From contig OX597836.1 of the NCBI GenBank assembly GCA_951406725.2, positions 24,862,001 to 24,926,000 of the forward strand: a stretch of 64,000 nt of DNA. The letters run 5' to 3'. This DNA comes from Octopus vulgaris. Taxonomy: Eukaryota. The notes below the pieces were generated by a model. It was not told the DNA's origin. It ran no database searches and saw only the letters and a list, made by a program, of their open reading frames with translations. Position numbers and translations under genes: made by a program. Shown in pieces: positions 61,601 to 64,000 of this stretch (positions are counted from its first letter, which is position 1; every line of letters begins with the position of its first letter).

Positions 61601-63373
61601 CCTTTCGTTCTATTATACAGGCTCGTGCTGGTATGGTGTCAACCGTTGAAGTGCTGAAATTTGTCCAATCATACAAAAACGAAGACAACTACACAGTTTG
61701 GAATGACTTGGCACAGAACCTAACAAATATTGCTCTCCTGCTCCAGTACACCAAGTACTATGACCAGTACAAAGTGTTTGTTCGTAACTTGTTCAGGAAG
61801 ATAGCTGCAAAGGTTGGCTGGGAAGCTACAAAAGAAGAGAGTTAGTAATAATTCTGAAATTTTAAAGATACTTCTTCTTATTAATAAACTATTGTGCCTG
61901 ACCTAACAAAGATGGGGATTATTTTTCAGTTGTTCTTTGATTACGGGTTTCACTGGTTCAGAAGGTCCTCAAACTGGTATGGAAATTTTAATATCAGCAA
62001 ATAAAAGCACCCAGTCCACACTGTAAAGTGATTGGTGTGAGGAGTGGCATCCAGCTGTAAAAACCTTGCCAAAACTGACCCCACCTGTGCTAGTGTCATG
62101 TAAAAAGCACAAAGTCCACTCTGCTGAGTGGTTGGTGTTTGGAAGGGCATCCAGCTGTAAAAGTCCTGCTAAAACAGTCACAGAAGTCTGGTGCAGGCTT
62201 CAGCCTGGCCGGCTCTTGTGGTACTGCCCCACTCATGCTAGCATGGAACACAGACAATAGCAGCATTTTGTCCATTCTTTGATTCTGAATTCAAATTCCA
62301 CCAAGATCAACTCTGCCTTTCATGCTTTCGGGGTCAATATAATCGACTTACTCCCTCCCCCAGAATTGCTGGCCTAGTACCAAAATGTGAAACCAATATT
62401 TTGTTTTCAGTTCAAATTCTGCCTCTGTAGACTTTGCTGTTCTTCCTTCCAGCAGTCAACACTTGTTATCCTTCTGTTGATGGTTTTGTTTCAAAGTTAG
62501 AAAACCTTGTTCTTTCTTCCAGATCACTTAACAACATTATTAAGGGACTTGGTGCTCTGCCGTATGGGTCGTTATGGTGATGCAGCTGTCTTGGAAGAAT
62601 CCCGTAAAAGGTTCCAGGATCATGTGTCTGGGGAGAAGATCCTTCCTGCTGATCTGAAATCTCCTGTAAGTCATGCAGAACAAGCTTTTCTTTATTCTGA
62701 ATGCCTTCAGATATTTTTTTAAAAAAAAAAAAAAAAGCAAGAAAGAAAAGAAAACTTTCCTTCTTTCTCATTATTACTAATTATCATAATGAATTTCTGC
62801 TTTGGGTTTTAAGTCTCAGTGATTCCAGGTTCATATCTCACTCCAGCCGTTGTTTTGCTCACATCACTTTGTACCTTTTGATGTGGTTTACATAAGGAGA
62901 CAGATTCCTCATCCTACTCCATAGCCAAAGTTGTTGCAGGGACATTCTGCTGCTGTAAAAACTAAAACTCCAAGAAAGAAAAAAAAAAAAAACAAATGGT
63001 CTGCCTTGGAGGGGAACTTTCTAGGTACAATCCCATGGTCATTTGTAACTGAAGATGGTCTTAACCCTTTACTTCCCTTATGGATAAGGACAGGTAGTGT
63101 ATTTGTTAGGCAGTTTTCTAATTTAGAAAACCTGCATAGTATTTGAAGAAACAGCTCACCTGTAGGCCAGGTGTCCCATTATGATGTTTATGTTGTAGTT
63201 TGTTGGATGTGTATCCTATTGAAAAAGTTATGCACTCTGTTCTTGTTAGTCAAATATTTGACAATCATCAAATAGTAATTACTTTAATAATGTATTTGTT
63301 TTAACTGTTTTAACAGGTTTACCTGACAGTTGTCTGTCATGGAGATGAAGAAGTATTGACATCTATGTTGGAG
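30224..63373 (+). CDS. NPEPPS: Puromycin-sensitive aminopeptidase (M1 family), 17 coding exons in the window, 3'-incomplete (about 719 aa visible)
   Basis: Spliced product [27 protein letters not shown]...[28 protein letters not shown]...[15 protein letters not shown]...[29 protein letters not shown]...[29 protein letters not shown]...[18 protein letters not shown]...; GAMEN and HEXXH-x18-E zinc motifs; collinear with human NPEPPS as recalled. Confidence 0.96.
30368..31552. repeat. ~1.2-kb compound (TA)n/(TG)n microsatellite at the start of NPEPPS intron 1
   Basis: Seen directly. Confidence 0.95.
33360..33690. mobile_element. Palindromic MITE-like element
   Basis: ggaatcaaagtaccctgacctcctaatatgctgcaaatcccttatttt pairs with aaaataggggatttgctgcatattaggaggtcaggatacttgattcc; outer aaattttt..gagtaacaccc pairs with gggtgttactcaaaaaattt. 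Confidence 0.8.
34329..34935 (-). mobile_element. RTE LINE 3' UTR fragments
   Basis: Common core occurs twice, plus ORF-end homology. Confidence 0.7.
35380..38480. repeat. Old tandem duplication (units about 35380..37130 and 37140..38480), each with a CRE-like LINE remnant
   Basis: Four or more collinear homologous blocks; CRE-type motifs [27 protein letters not shown] and [17 protein letters not shown]. Confidence 0.75.
38580..38965 (-). mobile_element. RTE-X-like LINE 3' fragment
   Basis: Reverse complement of the gaacctgtggaagaggtagacccaggaagac block, plus a (GAT)n tail. Confidence 0.75.
40082..40298 (+). mobile_element. piggyBac-like MITE (TTAA-CCCTTTCGTTAC TIRs)
   Basis: ttaaccctttcgttac ... 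gtaacgaaagggttaa; further copies at about 48278, 49850 and 56167. Confidence 0.85.
40371..40752. repeat. Direct tandem duplication of about 200 bp
   Basis: ctctcttcataaaaatagttgcacaa...ttattctgttaaatgtaaaact occurs twice. Confidence 0.88.
40892..41277 (+). mobile_element. SINE family A
   Basis: Family consensus match. Confidence 0.83.
41417..41623. mobile_element. Tc1/pogo-type MITE
   Basis: TA-cagtaatccctt ... aagggattactg-TA. Confidence 0.75.
42705..42780 (+). CDS. NPEPPS: NPEPPS exon 2 ([25 protein letters not shown])
   Basis: gtag|ATC ... G|gtgagt; phase 0 to 1. Confidence 0.88.
43331..43410 (+). CDS. NPEPPS: NPEPPS exon 3 ([27 protein letters not shown])
   Basis: tacag|GT ... AAG|gtatgt; phase 1 to 0. 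Confidence 0.87.
44180..44590 (-). mobile_element. Decayed LINE reverse-transcriptase fragment
   Basis: [13 protein letters not shown]...KTGLRL (FADD motif). Confidence 0.65.
44884..45009 (+). CDS. NPEPPS: NPEPPS exon 4 ([22 protein letters not shown]...AVTQFE)
   Basis: tgcag|GCT ... GAG|gtaggt; GELND.M.GFY and TQFE motifs. Confidence 0.94.
45219..45457. mobile_element. hAT-type MITE
   Basis: cagggattctcaac ... ggttaagaatcactg termini. Confidence 0.6.
46932..47039 (+). CDS. NPEPPS: NPEPPS exon 5 ([36 protein letters not shown])
   Basis: ccag|TCG ... ATG|gtaag; [11 protein letters not shown] motif. Confidence 0.95.
48050..48250 (+). CDS. NPEPPS: NPEPPS exon 6 (PVTEEK...[15 protein letters not shown]...QGQFALD)
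   Basis: ttcag|CCA ... GAT|gtaagt; MSTYL motif. Confidence 0.95.
48278..48473 (-). mobile_element. piggyBac-like MITE, inverted relative to the 40082 copy
   Basis: ttaaccctttcgttactgtatttattttg ... gaaagggttaa. Confidence 0.8.
49850..50074 (+). mobile_element. piggyBac-like MITE nested in a second TTAA-type MITE
   Basis: ctctggctctgagtacaaatgtcttg ... gtaacgaaagggttaa. Confidence 0.78.
50293..50389 (+). CDS. NPEPPS: NPEPPS exon 7 ([32 protein letters not shown])
   Basis: tgcag|GTA ... G|gtcagt; [10 protein letters not shown] motif. Confidence 0.94.
51070..51483 (+). mobile_element. Two tandem SINE family B copies
   Basis: Family consensus match. Confidence 0.8.
51757..51905 (+). CDS. NPEPPS: NPEPPS exon 8 ([13 protein letters not shown]...[14 protein letters not shown]), catalytic motifs
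   Basis: tgcag|GT ... ATG|gtagtt; GAMEN and HEXXH. Confidence 0.96.
51995..52368. mobile_element. Long palindromic fold-back element (~170-bp arms, ~24-nt loop)
   Basis: 51995..52161 is the reverse complement of 52186..52368 with scattered mismatches and one indel. Confidence 0.9.
53087..53251 (+). CDS. NPEPPS: NPEPPS exon 9 ([15 protein letters not shown]...[11 protein letters not shown])
   Basis: aacag|GAA ... GAG|gtattt; third zinc ligand in NEGFA. Confidence 0.95.
54932..55036 (+). CDS. NPEPPS: NPEPPS exon 10 ([35 protein letters not shown])
   Basis: tccag|GTT ... ACT|gtaagt; catalytic Tyr motif ISYxKG. Confidence 0.95.
55598..55753 (+). CDS. NPEPPS: NPEPPS exon 11 ([28 protein letters not shown]...[11 protein letters not shown])
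   Basis: ttcag|GAT ... AAA|gtaagg. Confidence 0.94.
56167..56387 (+). mobile_element. piggyBac-like MITE
   Basis: ttaaccctttt ... gtaacgaaagggttaa. Confidence 0.82.
56468..56682 (+). mobile_element. SINE family B
   Basis: Family consensus match. Confidence 0.72.
57655..57733 (+). CDS. NPEPPS: NPEPPS exon 12 ([26 protein letters not shown])
   Basis: tccag|GTC ... G|gtaaaac; an alternative same-phase donor lies after 57721. Confidence 0.87.
58471..58607 (+). CDS. NPEPPS: NPEPPS exon 13 ([15 protein letters not shown]...[10 protein letters not shown])
   Basis: ttcag|AT ... TTG|gtgagt; WMIPI start of the ERAP1-like C-terminal domain. Confidence 0.92.
58772..58954 (+). mobile_element. RTE LINE 3' end with (GAT)n tail
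   Basis: Common core. Confidence 0.8.
59561..59695 (+). CDS. NPEPPS: NPEPPS exon 14 ([18 protein letters not shown]...[11 protein letters not shown])
   Basis: ttcag|TTA ... TTG|gtaagt; LN...G.YRV.Y motif. Confidence 0.93.
59777..60274. mobile_element. Non-autonomous Tc1/pogo(Tigger)-like DNA element
   Basis: TA-ccataaatcctcaagtata ... tatactcgaaaatttactg-TA imperfect TIRs with subterminal repeats. Confidence 0.7.
61621..61840 (+). CDS. NPEPPS: NPEPPS exon 15 ([30 protein letters not shown]...GWEATKEE)
   Basis: tacag|GCT ... A|gttagt. Confidence 0.93.
62523..62665 (+). CDS. NPEPPS: NPEPPS exon 16 ([19 protein letters not shown]...ILPADLKSP)
   Basis: tccag|AT ... CCT|gtaagt. Confidence 0.92.
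63317..63373 (+). CDS. NPEPPS: NPEPPS exon 17 ([19 protein letters not shown]); gene continues beyond the window
   Basis: aacag|GTT ... GAG|gtaagt; resembles human VYLTVLKHGD as recalled. Confidence 0.9.
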
Positions 63374-63567
63374 GTAAGTAGAAATCACTAGAGAGACACG
63401 TTTCTTTAATTACATACACACACACACATTTCTAGGAAATTGATCTCAAAGCTCAGCTTATTTGTAGCTTTCTGTTCTTCAAGATCCAGTTTCTAAAAAT
63501 AATTATTTCACTTTCTCATTCACAAAAGTTTATAAAAAAAAATCTTGTGACATCTCTCTCTCTCTCT

Positions 63568-63625
<58 letters not shown>

Positions 63626-64000
63626 ATATATATATACACTAGCCTTGAAGCTGCCCTCAGGGCAGCATTCTGGTTGGCTCTTGCAGAAGGCACCCTTGAG
63701 GCCTGCAGCCCTATACCCTTGTGTAATGTAATGGTCTCAGACCCATTCATTGTATATGTCTCCTGGTGTTAATTATCCGATGCCCCATTCTGAACTCCCT
63801 ACCCAACATATACCCATCTCCCATTAACTTGTTGTTCATTCAACATGTAACAAGTTTTCCATCTCTGTAACAATGTGTCAGTGTATCCACCCTTGGACCG
63901 CTTTCTGTCAGCTTTGCCAATAGACATTCAGCTAGTTTCTAGTTTGACTTACAGCTAAGTTTCTAGCCTTGAAGCTGCCCTTCAGGTTGCATTCAGGCTA

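Overview
Eukaryotic, AT-rich, microsatellite- and SINE-dense DNA whose repeat content resembles Octopus (coleoid cephalopod); the organism is inferred, not proven. Two spliced protein-coding genes lie head-to-head. TRMT10B (tRNA m1-purine-9 methyltransferase; minus strand, 7 coding exons, 19091->4829, about 293 aa) is complete. NPEPPS (puromycin-sensitive M1 aminopeptidase; plus strand, 17 coding exons from 30224 to 63373, about 719 aa so far) runs off the right edge. I reconstructed all exons by hand with GT-AG boundaries and consistent phases. Introns and intergenic DNA hold three tRNA-derived SINE families, RTE/CR1/CRE/R4-Dong LINE remnants, Penelope remnants, hAT and mariner remnants and many MITEs. 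The most notable unexplained structures are an inverted, acceptor-deleted copy of a TRMT10B coding exon downstream of the gene, several long fold-back palindromes (one just after the NPEPPS catalytic exon), an old tandem duplication carrying a CRE-type retroelement, and degenerate hammerhead-like motifs. Most ORFs in the supplied track are repeat artefacts. I see no clear evidence of a wholly new biological system; the findings below are candidates only.
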